DNA from: Nitrospirota bacterium
Lineage (GTDB): Bacteria > Nitrospirota > Nitrospiria > Nitrospirales > Nitrospiraceae
DNA length: 64,000 nucleotides
NCBI GenBank assembly: GCA_963701855.1
Contig: CAVPBK010000007.1
Coordinates: 1 to 64,000 of the forward strand
Direction of reading: 5' to 3'
In this document: one piece after another, positions 49,495 to 59,859 of the stretch
Layout: each line of letters starts with the position of its first letter
How positions within the stretch are numbered: the first letter of the stretch is position 1
Program-made: the position numbers and the translations under genes
The notes under the pieces: generated by a model
The model's database searches: none
What the model was told of the DNA's origin: nothing
What the model saw: the letters and a program-made list of their open reading frames with translations, nothing else

Positions 49495-49639
49495 ACCTCC
49501 ACCGACTTTCTAGGCAGAGTGTGACAAACCCTCTGTGAGGCACGCGCTCGCTGGCGATCGCCACCTTCGTCGGCATATTTGTCGTCACCTGGAAGACCGG
49601 CCACATTGCGAAAACGAATCCAGTGGCGGTATATGCGGT

Positions 49640-49779
49640 ATTATAGTGCGCTGCGCTTCTGGGGCTGGCTCTGGGGGGTAGGGGGTCTGCTGCTCGCGAT
49701 TCCCATCATTGGCATTGTGAAGGTTGTTTCCCAGCATATAAAAGAACTCCACCCTCTGGCTGAGTTGTTGAGAGAATGA
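49640..49779 (+). pseudogene. 3' fragment of an AI-2E family transporter
   Basis: FWGWLWGVGGLLLAIPIIGIVKV. Confidence 0.7.
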
Positions 49780-50651
49780 AGGCGTCATTCCATACCATGT
49801 CGTGTAGCCTGAAAAAGTATCTGAGCCCTCGTGACGCCAGCACATGCTTCGCGTTCATCTTCGTGATCGCCGCGCTCGTGTCCACCTCTGTAGAGGCTGC
49901 ACCTATTGCGGTGCGGTTTCCGGAGGGTATGGGGCACGGCTTTCTGCTCGTGCGATCGCTCGCCGGGGAGATCATCGGCCATGGTGAGATGACCCAAGTC
50001 GTCAAAGAGGGAGATCAGGTCGAAAGCCACTTGGTGTTCACTTTCAAGGACGGCTCTTTGCACGATGAGAAAGTAATCTTCTCACAACAGCGCGTGTTTA
50101 CGATGCTCCGTTATCACCTGCTCCAGCGCGGCCCGTCGTTTCCTGACCAGATCGAGGTTTCGATAGACCGAAGCACGGCGGAATACAAAGTTCGCTCAAA
50201 AACGGAGGAGGATGGGAAGGAGGAGGTGCTGACCGGAGCGTTTACTCTGCCTAAAGATGTGTACAACGGCCTCTTTGTCACGCTGTTGCTGAACCTGCCG
50301 AAAGGGGCCAGCGAAACGGTGAACTTTCTCGCCTTCACGCCGGCACCAGAGGTCATCAAACTGGAGCTGAATCTCATAGGTGAGCACACCGTCCGCATCG
50401 GCGACCTGTCACGTAAGGCGGTACAGTATGCCTTCAAGCCGGATATCGGAATGATTCGGAAATTGCTCGGTGAGGCCACCGGCAGGCTCCCGGCCCAGTT
50501 TCACTATGATTGCTGGGTCCTGGATGATGAGGTGCCGAGTTTCGTGCAATTCGAAGGACCACTGCAACTCATGGGGCCGATCGTGCGAATCGAACTGGTG
50601 AGTCCCCACTTGCTGACAAAGCCCCAGGACAAGAAAATTTCTTCAAAATAA
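49776..50651 (+). CDS. Secreted beta-rich hypothetical protein
   Basis: Signal peptide ending VEA; long protein-like ORF. Confidence 0.7.
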   Translation: MKASFHTMSCSLKKYLSPRDASTCFAFIFVIAALVSTSVEAAPIAVRFPEGMGHGFLLVRSLAGEIIGHGEMTQVVKEGDQVESHLVFTFKDGSLHDEKVIFSQQRVFTMLRYHLLQRGPSFPDQIEVSIDRSTAEYKVRSKTEEDGKEEVLTGAFTLPKDVYNGLFVTLLLNLPKGASETVNFLAFTPAPEVIKLELNLIGEHTVRIGDLSRKAVQYAFKPDIGMIRKLLGEATGRLPAQFHYDCWVLDDEVPSFVQFEGPLQLMGPIVRIELVSPHLLTKPQDKKISSK

Positions 50652-50866
50652 CGTTGACTCGGTCATGTCCGGTCATTCCGAACATCTGCTATACAATGTT
50701 GTCTGACATGTATAGGCACGAGGCGCTCACGCTGCAGTTTCCTTTCGATCAAGTTCTGGAGGTCGGGCCTCATTGACTGTTACCGTGGTATGCACGTACA
50801 GGTTGTCATGTTCATGGGATCGTCGTGTGAGGGCGGAGACAAGCGGCCTGCCTCTTCCCCTCTGAA

Positions 50867-50884
50867 CTGAGCAGTTGTGACAAG
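50867..50884 (+). promoter_or_regulatory. Regulon box (variant)
   Basis: CTGAGCAGTTGTGACAAG-N19-TATCCT. Confidence 0.55.
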
Positions 50885-51292
50885 GCTACACTTTTGGAAC
50901 CGTTATCCTGAAACGGATCACCATTTTGAAACCGTGAACGGCCAAGGCCCAGGACTTCCTACCCACCCTATGCCGGACTAGCGCGATATTTCTACGGAGT
51001 ATGTCGTGTCTGGGGCTGAGCATTACCCCTTTTACGCAGACGTTCAAACTGCTGCTGCAAGATTTCCAACTTCCGATCGGATAAATTTTCTAAATCGATA
51101 AGGCTATATCGAGTCGAAAAAATATTCGTGGAAGACCAGGGTGGTAACCGGTACAGTGGTGTTTCCAGATTCCAAAGTCATGAGGCCTGGATGCCCGATG
51201 GCGCACCTGTCCCACGACCTCTTGCCCCCTGTTCAGACTTGTGATCAAGCACCGCATGATGAATATCATACTGTCAAATTTTGGAGACGCCG

Positions 51293-52162
51293 ATGGACCT
51301 GCAACTTTGTTATACCGCCAGCGAGGATACCTTTCCCTTACCTCGACACTTCAAGGAGCGCTATGGCCCGTTTGGGTTTCCTGCACCTGCCGACACCCGT
51401 CGCCCGTATATCTCTTCCAACTTTGTGATGGGGCTCGACGGCAGGGCCTCGTTTAGAGAATTGACGGACCGTGCCGATGGCAATATAGTTTCAAGGAGCA
51501 GAGAAGATCGCTGGCTGATGGATTTTTTGCGAGCGCACCATGACGGGCAATTGATCGGTGCGAGCACGCTCCGTGAGGAACTGAACCCTGCGGGGCGAGG
51601 TTGGGACTACGGCATCGATGACGAGGAATTGCGGACATACCGACAGGATACTCTCAGGCTCGCCCGGCAGAAAGTCCTCGTTCTCAGCGGTTCAGGAAAC
51701 ATCGATCTCACTCTTCGCATCTTCAGTTCTCCGCGAGTTGAAGCCTGGGTCATCACCGCTCAGGAGGGGGAAAAGAATCTCCGGTCGCAGATCAAGAGAT
51801 TAGGCCTTGAGAAAACAATTGAAATCCTCTCCGTGGGTGAAGGAACGAGGGTTGATCTTGTCGCGGCCACACAACTGCTCAGGCAAAAACATGGCATCCG
51901 GACACTGCTCTGTGAAGGCGGACCCACTCTGTATGGAGAGTTCCTCAAGAACCAACTGATCGATGAGGATTTTCGGACGATGTCGCTTCAAGTATTGGGT
52001 GAGTCCACCAAGTCCGGGATAGACCGACCGACGGCGTATGGTCACGTGAGCTATACGCCAGGAAGCGCACCGTGGTTTCGATTGATAAGCCTTCACTATG
52101 CTCTGCCTTACCACGCATTTTTCCGCCTTCGGTACGAGGGTCCAAGAACGTTTCGAGCCTGA
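51293..52162 (+). CDS. RibD C-terminal / dihydrofolate reductase-family protein
   Basis: PYISSNFVMGLDG, LIGASTLREE, LLCEGGPTL. Confidence 0.85.
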   Translation: MDLQLCYTASEDTFPLPRHFKERYGPFGFPAPADTRRPYISSNFVMGLDGRASFRELTDRADGNIVSRSREDRWLMDFLRAHHDGQLIGASTLREELNPAGRGWDYGIDDEELRTYRQDTLRLARQKVLVLSGSGNIDLTLRIFSSPRVEAWVITAQEGEKNLRSQIKRLGLEKTIEILSVGEGTRVDLVAATQLLRQKHGIRTLLCEGGPTLYGEFLKNQLIDEDFRTMSLQVLGESTKSGIDRPTAYGHVSYTPGSAPWFRLISLHYALPYHAFFRLRYEGPRTFRA

Positions 52163-52259
52163 GTTGCTGAGGTCGGCATGTCGACGAGACGTGACGACAG
52201 CAGCATCCGGCAACGAAATCCTCGCCGCCTCTTCATCAAGGAGGCCGGACTCGTGTCGG

Positions 52260-52604
52260 TTATACCGGCGTGCGAAACGGTTTAAACTTCCGTTCGGCTT
52301 TAGCCGCCAAGATAAAGTCGCTTTCAGTCAGAGCCTTAATTTTGTGCGACCAGATCTCGATCTTGCACTTCCCCCAGGCCAGATACAGATCAGGATGATG
52401 GCCCTCGGCCTCCGCGACAGCGCCCACCTTGTTCGCAAATGCCAGCGCCTGCGCGAAGTCCGTGAAGGTGTAGCGCCGCTCCAAATGCCGTTTTCCGTTG
52501 AGTTTTCAGCCCTGGCCGAGTTCCTTCAACAACTCCCTCGCGCGAAGAACCTTCAACGGAGACACACTGGCTCCATCACTACAGTTCTTATCCGCCAGTT
52601 TCAT
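52260..52604 (-). pseudogene. Pterin-4a-carbinolamine dehydratase with one internal stop
   Basis: MKLADKNC...LGQG*KLN...[27 protein letters not shown]...[21 protein letters not shown] at 52506-52508 where Trp is expected. Confidence 0.8.
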
Positions 52605-52642
52605 CGGAGCCTCCCTTCAATTGTTCTCGAAGGCGCGTTCAC

Positions 52643-53263
52643 TTACTGAGGCGGCCTAGTTGGATTACTGGTTTGATCACTGGTTTGATCACTTGCTCCC
52701 TCAGTGGTCGTCGTAGTACTGGTGGTGGTCGACGTTGAGCTTCTTGGACTACTTGTTTTATCACTGGGTTGCTCACTGGTACGGCCACTGGGTTGCTCAC
52801 TGGTTTGACCACTGGTACGGCCCCTGTTTTGCTCACTGGTTTGAGCAGCGGCCTGGCCGCCCTGTCCTCCAACCTTGATTACTCCTTGAATGTTGATATC
52901 GCCAGTCGTCTTGCCTGATTCCATTCTGACGATATACCGGAAATAGCCGGGATCTCGGAAACAGACGCTGGCGGTTTCGTTTTTGCCCAGTTGGGCTGTG
53001 TCGCTCGGTGTCATCCACCCACCCACATTATTCTTGCATGACAACTGCTTGTCCAACATAGCGTCGAGAAAGATGACTCGCACAGGTTGGGTCCTTTTGT
53101 TGATCCACCGAACTTCATCGCCTGTATTGACGACTATTTCTCTTGACGACAGGTCATCCCCAATAAGGATGTCTTTGACATCCCCAGTTCTCGTCACCGT
53201 GGGCGTGCCTTGACAGCCCAACACGAAAAGTAGCGCAACTCCTAGATATCGGATCGGGTTCAT
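52643..53263 (-). CDS. Cupredoxin-fold-like lipoprotein with Q/S/T-rich repeat tail
   Basis: Lipobox VLGC; VNTGDEVRWIN, FRDPGYFRY; QTSEQ/RTSEQ/QTSDQ repeats. Confidence 0.65.
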   Translation of the reverse strand: MNPIRYLGVALLFVLGCQGTPTVTRTGDVKDILIGDDLSSREIVVNTGDEVRWINKRTQPVRVIFLDAMLDKQLSCKNNVGGWMTPSDTAQLGKNETASVCFRDPGYFRYIVRMESGKTTGDINIQGVIKVGGQGGQAAAQTSEQNRGRTSGQTSEQPSGRTSEQPSDKTSSPRSSTSTTTSTTTTTEGASDQTSDQTSNPTRPPQ

Positions 53264-53699
53264 GGAAGTACCTCCTTGTTGAAGTTTGAAATTCGCCAAC
53301 TAAATTTCCATCGGCTCTTTCCTGACAATCACAACATTCACGCTGGCAGGTGGTCAATGGGCGCGGTCGTGGTGATGCGGGATGTGTTGCATACTACGAG
53401 TAGGAAGGGATACACGTCCGATCAATACAGCTCACTTTGAAAAATTGACGAGGCTGGCAATACGATGGCGCCGCCCCTGCGCGAAGCGCAGCTGAGATTA
53501 GAAAAATTCCTTGTGATCATCACGGTGACTTGGCCTGCGTGCCTGATTTGTCTCGCGAGTTCCTAGACAATGCGCGCGCGCAACACAGACTTACTGCCAT
53601 GACGATCTATTCAGCTCGCAGGCCATGCGAGTGCTCAGTGCACATATCTCCACCGGGCGACCGATAGCGCTCGACTCCAGTTCAAGAGAATCCTGCAGG

Positions 53700-53867
53700 T
53701 CAGGAGACCCGGGCGGGGCGATTCATGGCCAGATGGATCACCAGCAACACGATCCCGATTATGAACAGGATCCAGGAAATCTGGACCGCCACTGCGGCTA
53801 CCCCGGCCAGATTCAGGGCTCCGGCAATAACTCCAACCACTAAGAACATCAGTGCGTAGTACAGCAT
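53700..53867 (-). CDS. DUF1328 paralog 2 (absent from ORF track)
   Basis: MLYYALMFLVVGVIAGALNLAGVAAVAVQISWILFIIGIVLLVIHLAMNRPARVS; AAGGAG RBS. Confidence 0.88.
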   Translation of the reverse strand: MLYYALMFLVVGVIAGALNLAGVAAVAVQISWILFIIGIVLLVIHLAMNRPARVS

Positions 53868-54037
53868 AACGTGCTCCTTTCAATAAGGCGATTCTCGAGA
53901 ATCACGGAATCGTCGATGGACCCACAGTTCACACATCTCACACATTTCATTCTCCAGAGACGTTTATCACGGACATAATTGACGGGCTCCCCCCATTCGT
54001 CGATCACCAAAAACCCACCGCATCGTACACAGGCCAT
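53849..54037 (-). CDS. Small Zn-finger protein
   Basis: CVRC...CVNCG; AGGAGG RBS. Confidence 0.7.
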   Translation of the reverse strand: MACVRCGGFLVIDEWGEPVNYVRDKRLWRMKCVRCVNCGSIDDSVILENRLIERSTLCCTTH

Positions 54038-54633
54038 AAGTCCTCCTATTCTGCTCTATTCGAGAGCCTTTGGACGTTGTTCACGTGTCAGGCGACGATC
54101 AGACGCCTCCTCTAGCCACACAATGATGCTGGACCTTTGGCTGAATGGAAGCTGACCCAAACTGCTCACTTTGAAAAAAATGATGAGGCAGGCGATATGA
54201 CGCGTCCCCTGCGAGAAGATAAGCAGGAATAAGGGAAAGGGTCGTGCGGGACGATATTGAGGAGAGAACTGTGATCTCGTGACGATCACGAAGGCATGGC
54301 CTGCCTACGCCATTGTGCCGGGAAACAACAAATCTACTTCTATCAAACGAAAGGCGCTATCCAATGGTGATCGCGTGGATACTGGTATCGGCTCACCTCG
54401 TCTGAGTTCTTCACGAGCGCTTTCCGACTCCAATCCACCGTGCTCCGCTTATTGAACTGAATAGCATACCCAGCGAGCCAACCCACCATCCAGAGGAAAT
54501 GAGTGGGCTGTACCCGCACTTCAGTTTGCCGATGATTCATCTTTGATGCGTAGGCGAACTAGCAATCGGACCAACCAGTCTCGGAAAGAAGATCCTCCTA
54601 GAGTCCACTGCCTCGCAGAGGCAGTCTTCACCA

Positions 54634-54651
54634 CTGAGCAATATTGACCAG
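54634..54651 (+). promoter_or_regulatory. Regulon box
   Basis: CTGAGCAATATTGACCAG-N21-CACACT. Confidence 0.78.
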
Positions 54652-54753
54652 ACTCTGTTACGGCTCATCAGTCACACTGTGACGGTAAACTAATGGTGGT
54701 GCAGCGCATCACGCAAGATCGCGATGTTTCACATTCTTACCAAGGAGGTCCCG

Positions 54754-55029
54754 GTGAAGAAAATTACGATCGCCGCTATGGCTTTTCTGTTTGTGTTCGT
54801 TGGCATTCAACATGTTGCTCAAGCCGATGAGGTAAAAGCCGCTGTTGAAGACATGAAGGGAAAAGCGAACGCGAATGCTGAGGAGGCCAAGGGGGAAGTG
54901 AAAGCCCTCACGGAGGAGGCCAAAGGAAATAAAGTGAGCGGCGCGATGGAACGGACGAAGGGGAAAACCAAAGCCGCCGGAGAGCGAATCAAAGGCGAGG
55001 CGAAAGAACTGAAAGCCAAGACAGAGTAA
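54754..55029 (+). CDS. Secreted K/E/A-rich CsbD/LEA-like protein
   Basis: AAGGAGG RBS, signal peptide ending AQA, EEAKG/ERxKG repeats; hairpin at 55053-55088 downstream. Confidence 0.75.
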   Translation: MKKITIAAMAFLFVFVGIQHVAQADEVKAAVEDMKGKANANAEEAKGEVKALTEEAKGNKVSGAMERTKGKTKAAGERIKGEAKELKAKTE

Positions 55030-55273
55030 AATCAATTGAGAGTCTGTTTGCGAACACCCAGTGGAGAGGCGTCTCTTCACCGGGTGTTTCTATAGGAGGG
55101 GGAGAGGAGACAGCGGTCAGGTCACATTGTTACCGGAATACCCGTAGAAATGGCAGCGTCTTCGATACATCACTCACCTGCGTGCCGATGAAGCGACAGG
55201 GTTACACTACGCTACGTCCCTCTCCATTCGCTGAAGGAGCCGTCCAGGGTGACTAGGCTGTCGGCGGAGAGGG

Positions 55274-56110
55274 TTACGGAAAAATGATCGCGTGCTTGGA
55301 GTAGCCGATTGCCTTGAGCGTCGTTTCAAGCGCGTCGGCCATCGGCGGCGGGCCGCAGAGAAAAATCAGGGTGTCAGGACCGGGCGGCGGCAGATGCTCG
55401 CGCAGCATGGCCTCGGTGATTCGGCCCGTGCCTTGCGACCAATCTGCAGGCGGCTGCTCCAACACATGATAACAATGGAAGCTTGCGTGCTCGCGCGCAT
55501 CCTCGTCCCACTCGTCTTGGAAAATGATGTCGGCCTCCGCCTTGTTGGCAAAGACCAGAAATAGTTCAACCGCGAGGCTCTGGACGAGAATCCAGCGAAT
55601 GATGGCAATCATCGGGGTGATGCCAGTGCCGCCGGCCACAAACCCCACCTGCTTCGCCATGCCGTCCACCCAGTGGCCGCCAGAATTTGGCCCGCTCATC
55701 AGCACGCGGTCTCCGGGCCCCCGCGCATGGAGATACTTCGACACCACGCCGGTTTCGTACCGCTTGACCGTCAAGTCGAAGTACCCCCTGGTGCCGGGCA
55801 CCGACGACGGCGTGTAGGGCCGTTTCGCCGGTATTCCGTCGATCGTCGCGTGGACGTACAGGTGATCGCCGGGCAGCATGTCCAACGTGGCGTCGTCAGG
55901 GAGGGCAAAGCAAAACGTCTTCGTGTCGTGGGTATTGTGATGAATAGCCGTGATCTCATAGGGTACGGGCGTCTTCGACTTGATGCGGATGATAGGATCA
56001 GAACTCATAAATCTTTCATACGAGCTTGATTGTGAGAATTTCAATACCGTATCAGACAACGCGTTTGCCAATTCATCTTGTGCGCCTTCACGATTACCAT
56101 TTTTCTTCAA
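55274..56110 (-). CDS. FAD/NAD(P)-binding oxidoreductase (cytochrome b5 reductase/FNR-like); start may be 56008
   Basis: RPYTP, GVVSKYL, VAGGTGITP, LCGPPPM. Confidence 0.9.
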   Translation of the reverse strand: MKKNGNREGAQDELANALSDTVLKFSQSSSYERFMSSDPIIRIKSKTPVPYEITAIHHNTHDTKTFCFALPDDATLDMLPGDHLYVHATIDGIPAKRPYTPSSVPGTRGYFDLTVKRYETGVVSKYLHARGPGDRVLMSGPNSGGHWVDGMAKQVGFVAGGTGITPMIAIIRWILVQSLAVELFLVFANKAEADIIFQDEWDEDAREHASFHCYHVLEQPPADWSQGTGRITEAMLREHLPPPGPDTLIFLCGPPPMADALETTLKAIGYSKHAIIFP

Positions 56111-56751
56111 AGGTTCTTCCGCAATCGCACGACCCTGCCCAAGATGCGCTGTTGGCTCGTCACGGGGAGATCGTTATACCGTTGATTGAGGGGATGAAGG
56201 ATGGTCTGCCTGCCGATTTCCTTGAGCTGCCTCAAGAGGGCTCCCTCTGGGCGGCCCTCCTCACTATCGACCAGCACATACTGACCGGGCTCACTCGGAA
56301 GATCAGGGTTGACGAAAATGACCTCGCCCTCGCTGAAGAGAGGCTGCATGGAATTGTCTTTCACCTGCATGGCAAACGTACGTGTCCCTGGAACGTCTGT
56401 TTCGAGCATCGCTTCAGCTTGGATGACACGAGACGGCTCTTCGGGCATGACCATCTGATCGATTTGATCCCACTTCAGGAGTGGAACCTTCCTCATCTGG
56501 CCGAGGGGAGAGGGAGTGGCGCTTTCTTTGAGATCGAACTGTCCCGCTGAGTGTGGCGGGCCACCGATTTGGAGGAAATCTATGTCCATACGAAAAAACC
56601 GCGCAAAGTGTTCCCAGATTGCGCGCTCTTGAGGGGGGTCGTCGGCCAGAATATTCGTGATCGTTCGCACAGAGACCCCAATCGTAGAGGCCAACTCCTC
56701 TTCGGTCAGGCCCTCACCGAGTTCTCGATGAACAAGCCCTTTCAGGTCCAT
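56107..56751 (-). CDS. XRE-HTH plus S24 peptidase-domain regulator (CI/LexA-like)
   Basis: LTEEELASTIGVSVRTITNI; KVPLL, VKDNSMQP, LHPLNQRY, ILGRVV. Confidence 0.88.
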   Translation of the reverse strand: MDLKGLVHRELGEGLTEEELASTIGVSVRTITNILADDPPQERAIWEHFARFFRMDIDFLQIGGPPHSAGQFDLKESATPSPLGQMRKVPLLKWDQIDQMVMPEEPSRVIQAEAMLETDVPGTRTFAMQVKDNSMQPLFSEGEVIFVNPDLPSEPGQYVLVDSEEGRPEGALLRQLKEIGRQTILHPLNQRYNDLPVTSQQRILGRVVRLRKNL

Positions 56752-56769
56752 AATGAAACTCTTTCTTAG

Positions 56770-56994
56770 TCACGTCCAGGTCGGTCGGTTTGTCTTTGCC
56801 GTCCAGCACGCCAAAGTTTGCCGCTCCTCATTCTCCGTGGCAAGCTTGAATCCCCAAGACAGTGAATAGGTCAACTCAGGCCAATGTGCGCTTCCATAGA
56901 TCCGCCCCTCTTTCTGGTCCTCAACAAAGACCCAATGGATCTCCGCAGGTGCCGAGCCTTCGGGAAGATGCTTAATAGATCATCTGAATCGCAT
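56770..56994 (-). pseudogene. Small hypothetical gene with early stop
   Basis: MRFR*SIKHLPEG...WPELTYSLSWGF; GAAGGGG RBS. Confidence 0.4.
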
Positions 56995-57211
56995 GACTAT
57001 TCCCCTTCATAAATTGGCGCCGTCAAACTCCGGTGTGAGGCAGAGCTAATGCCGGTGTGTGAAATGGTGATCTGCCTGACTGTGGCCGTTGCGTTACACA
57101 GTATTTCGGCAGAAAACAAGCACGGATTTCCCATATGTGACATGACGATCAACCTCCCAACTCATCTGTAGCCCAGATGGTGTTGCGTTGATCTCTTGAA
57201 CCCACCACGCC

Positions 57212-57739
57212 TTATTTTTTGTCCTTATGAATATCGATGACCTCTCCCATTTCATTCACTTCGATCGTGACCTGAGAGCCGACAGCGATATCTCTGAACA
57301 TACGACTCTCGGGTCTAAGGCTATAACCCCTCTCTCCTCTCGACGTCAAAAGAGTCATCTGGGACGTGCCATTATCAATTGATGCGAGCGTACCAGTGAT
57401 GAAACGAGGAGCCTTATCGGGCTGGCCTTTCGGATGGGCAGCCATGACCATGTTGCCTTCGTTGACCCAGAGCGTCATTTCATCACCGACTTTCGGGACG
57501 GGCTTGTCTTGACGAAAGGCCGCCGCTTCGGTCAGCGTGAGCGTGGCGCCGGTAGACGACTTGACGATAATGAGACCGGACTTCAGCTCAGTCACTACCC
57601 CCTCGACCTTTTTATGGCCAGCTTTCATATGCGCGACCTCTTCCGGGTCCGCCGGATCCGATTGGGCAGCCAGAGGAGTCATCAGCACGATGGCGGGTAT
57701 GATAAAGAGCGAGAAGATTGAAAATATTTTACGAACCAT
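57212..57739 (-). CDS. Secreted two-domain small beta-barrel protein
   Basis: GGAGG RBS; signal peptide; KVEGVVTEL...KVGDEMTL and ITGTLASI...VGSQVTI. Confidence 0.7.
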   Translation of the reverse strand: MVRKIFSIFSLFIIPAIVLMTPLAAQSDPADPEEVAHMKAGHKKVEGVVTELKSGLIIVKSSTGATLTLTEAAAFRQDKPVPKVGDEMTLWVNEGNMVMAAHPKGQPDKAPRFITGTLASIDNGTSQMTLLTSRGERGYSLRPESRMFRDIAVGSQVTIEVNEMGEVIDIHKDKK

Positions 57740-58774
57740 GGTAGCCCCTCCGTTTGTTTGATTGGCCTTTTCATCACCCATTCTATGGGGATCACCATGC
57801 GGTGAATGTATAAAATGAGACACACTTTCCCCTTTCTTCTATCCAAACATCCGGCTCAGCGCGACCAGAGTATCTTTAGCGATTTCTGGATGCGCCCCCT
57901 TCGAAATCGTCTGTGTGCAATTCTCACATTAGGTCACAGTTCTGTTCAACACTGTTGCTTTTGACTCTATCTTCGTTACGTGAGTCAGTCTTTTGGTCGT
58001 TGGTTTGACCCGATGTGCTCTGGTGCCTTTGGCGTTGACGGCACGCTAGTTCCATCACATGATCAATCCATGAAGGGATAAGGAAGAATTCTTCATCAGG
58101 TTCTGAATGACTTGGAGACACACCGTTAGGGGCTAGGGATCATCTCCACTTGCAATTCGTCTCGATCGTTTCAACCAACTTCCGAAAGTCGTCCTCCGCC
58201 ATAGGCCACGGTACTTTGGAAGGATCAACGATGGCACTGCTTGTCGATACGCCGTCACCTCCGCTTTGCCTTGTTCGCAAACTCCATGCGATTTTCCAAG
58301 TTGGTCTGGCCGTAGACTGCGCTGTGGGGCAGATGGTACTTGGCGCTATGTTGTCGACGAGGGCAAGGGCGCTAATTCCGGTGGCTCAGGCCGTGAAGGT
58401 AATTGGCACCCTTGTGAGGAGCCGGTACAATCGGGAAGCAAGACATCTCATCCCGACTCACTGAATGCCCACGATGCCGCTTACGAAACATCCATGGGGG
58501 GATCGGTTTTGGGCCTTGTCACAGACCACATGTGACATCACGCGGTCTAACTCTCTAGTTGCGCCAAAGGGGAGCGCGACCCAGTATTTGAAAGCCTGCT
58601 CCAGCTCTTCGTGGTGCAACACAGGTTTGACCTTGCATTGTCGGGTATCCTCGGCGCCGTGATGTCTTCTTCGTTCTCAACCAGATCTCTCAGGCTATTA
58701 CACGCCCGTTTTTCTCGCCGGCTAACCGTTCAGTATGTCTCGCTGCGCATCTCCCATATCTCAATTTTTCCAAC

Positions 58775-58987
58775 ATGACCAATTGTGAACAGACAACCGT
58801 CTCTCTTCACGGTACTCTGCCGATCACACTCTCCGTCTGATTGAGACGAGAGGAGATGACATCGTGAGCTGCCGAGTGGCTCCATTGTCCCAAGAACTCC
58901 TTTTTCAGGAGGTTTCGTTGATGTCGAGCAAAGCGAGCGTGGAGTTGCCTGCCATCAGGACTCTTCAAACTGAGCAATTTTGACCAG
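58775..58987 (+). promoter_or_regulatory. Two regulon boxes (58775-58792, 58970-58987)
   Basis: ATGACCAATTGTGAACAG-N20-TACTCT; CTGAGCAATTTTGACCAG. Confidence 0.75.
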
Positions 58988-59044
58988 ACTGGAATCTGTC
59001 TTGTGGGATAGATGTAACTTGTACACCCACCCGATAGGTTATTC

Positions 59045-59761
59045 ATGCCTAACCGCATGATACGAATTCACCATTCCACGGTCTTAGGACTTCTGCTCCT
59101 CTCAGCCCTAGGCATGCAAGGCTGTTTGGCCATGGTGTGGCTGGGCACGGTTGGGATTGATGTGATCCGGACCAGTGACATTGAGTTCCAGCCATTCGAG
59201 AATTCGTGGTTGGTCGCACCGCAAGAACGGCAGCACCTGGCATCGATGAAGAGTATCGCGGTGATGCCGTTCGCCGGAGATCCTGTGATGGCTGAGCGGT
59301 GGACCGTTGTTTTTCGCGAAACGACCAATCTTCGTGTCGTGAGCCCATTCGACGCAACCCGGTATGCGATATCCGACCGCGGGCAGATAGAGCTGGCTCA
59401 GCGGATAGGCGCGGAGCTTCAGGTGGATTGTGTGCTGATCGGGAATGTGACCGGGCAAGAGCCGCAGAAAAGTTTTGTGGGATTAAAGGAAAGTTCCTCG
59501 CGGCGGTTGTATCTACAAATGGTGAGTGCAGAAGGAACCCTCATGTGGAAGACGGAACTGCCCTTCATGACGGTGAAGGGAACAAAGGGTATGGATGAGG
59601 AATTTGTGACACAGGCGCTTTTGACTCATGTCAGATCACAGGCGACAGAGCTTGGGTTGGCTGAACTGGGAGCGACAGCAATACAGGCTGCGCTACGATC
59701 CGTGCGTGATACGCCCGACAATCAAATGGCACGTCCTGTGACGAGGTTCGAGCGTCCTTGA
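59045..59761 (+). CDS. Hypothetical lipoprotein (alpha/beta, CsgG/TolB-N-like)
   Basis: Lipobox MQGC; SIAVMPF, VDCVLIGNV, GTLMWK. Confidence 0.65.
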   Translation: MPNRMIRIHHSTVLGLLLLSALGMQGCLAMVWLGTVGIDVIRTSDIEFQPFENSWLVAPQERQHLASMKSIAVMPFAGDPVMAERWTVVFRETTNLRVVSPFDATRYAISDRGQIELAQRIGAELQVDCVLIGNVTGQEPQKSFVGLKESSSRRLYLQMVSAEGTLMWKTELPFMTVKGTKGMDEEFVTQALLTHVRSQATELGLAELGATAIQAALRSVRDTPDNQMARPVTRFERP

Positions 59762-59859
59762 TGTCCGCATCAATCTACGTACCGTTTGCCTTGTTATGAG
59801 GCATCGTTAATTTTGATCCGAGCGAACGTGACTTTGTCTGTCGAAAGAATTTTTGAGAT

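Noticed and set aside
52506..56982. TGA-to-Trp recoding suggested by TGA at likely Trp positions (52506, ~56980, ~2697)
   Set aside because: Many intact genes here end in TGA and use TGG for Trp; point mutations in pseudogenes are sufficient
57924..58700. Short ORFs in the 58 kb gap
   Set aside because: No recognisable motifs or RBS; possibly a decayed gene, but not assignable
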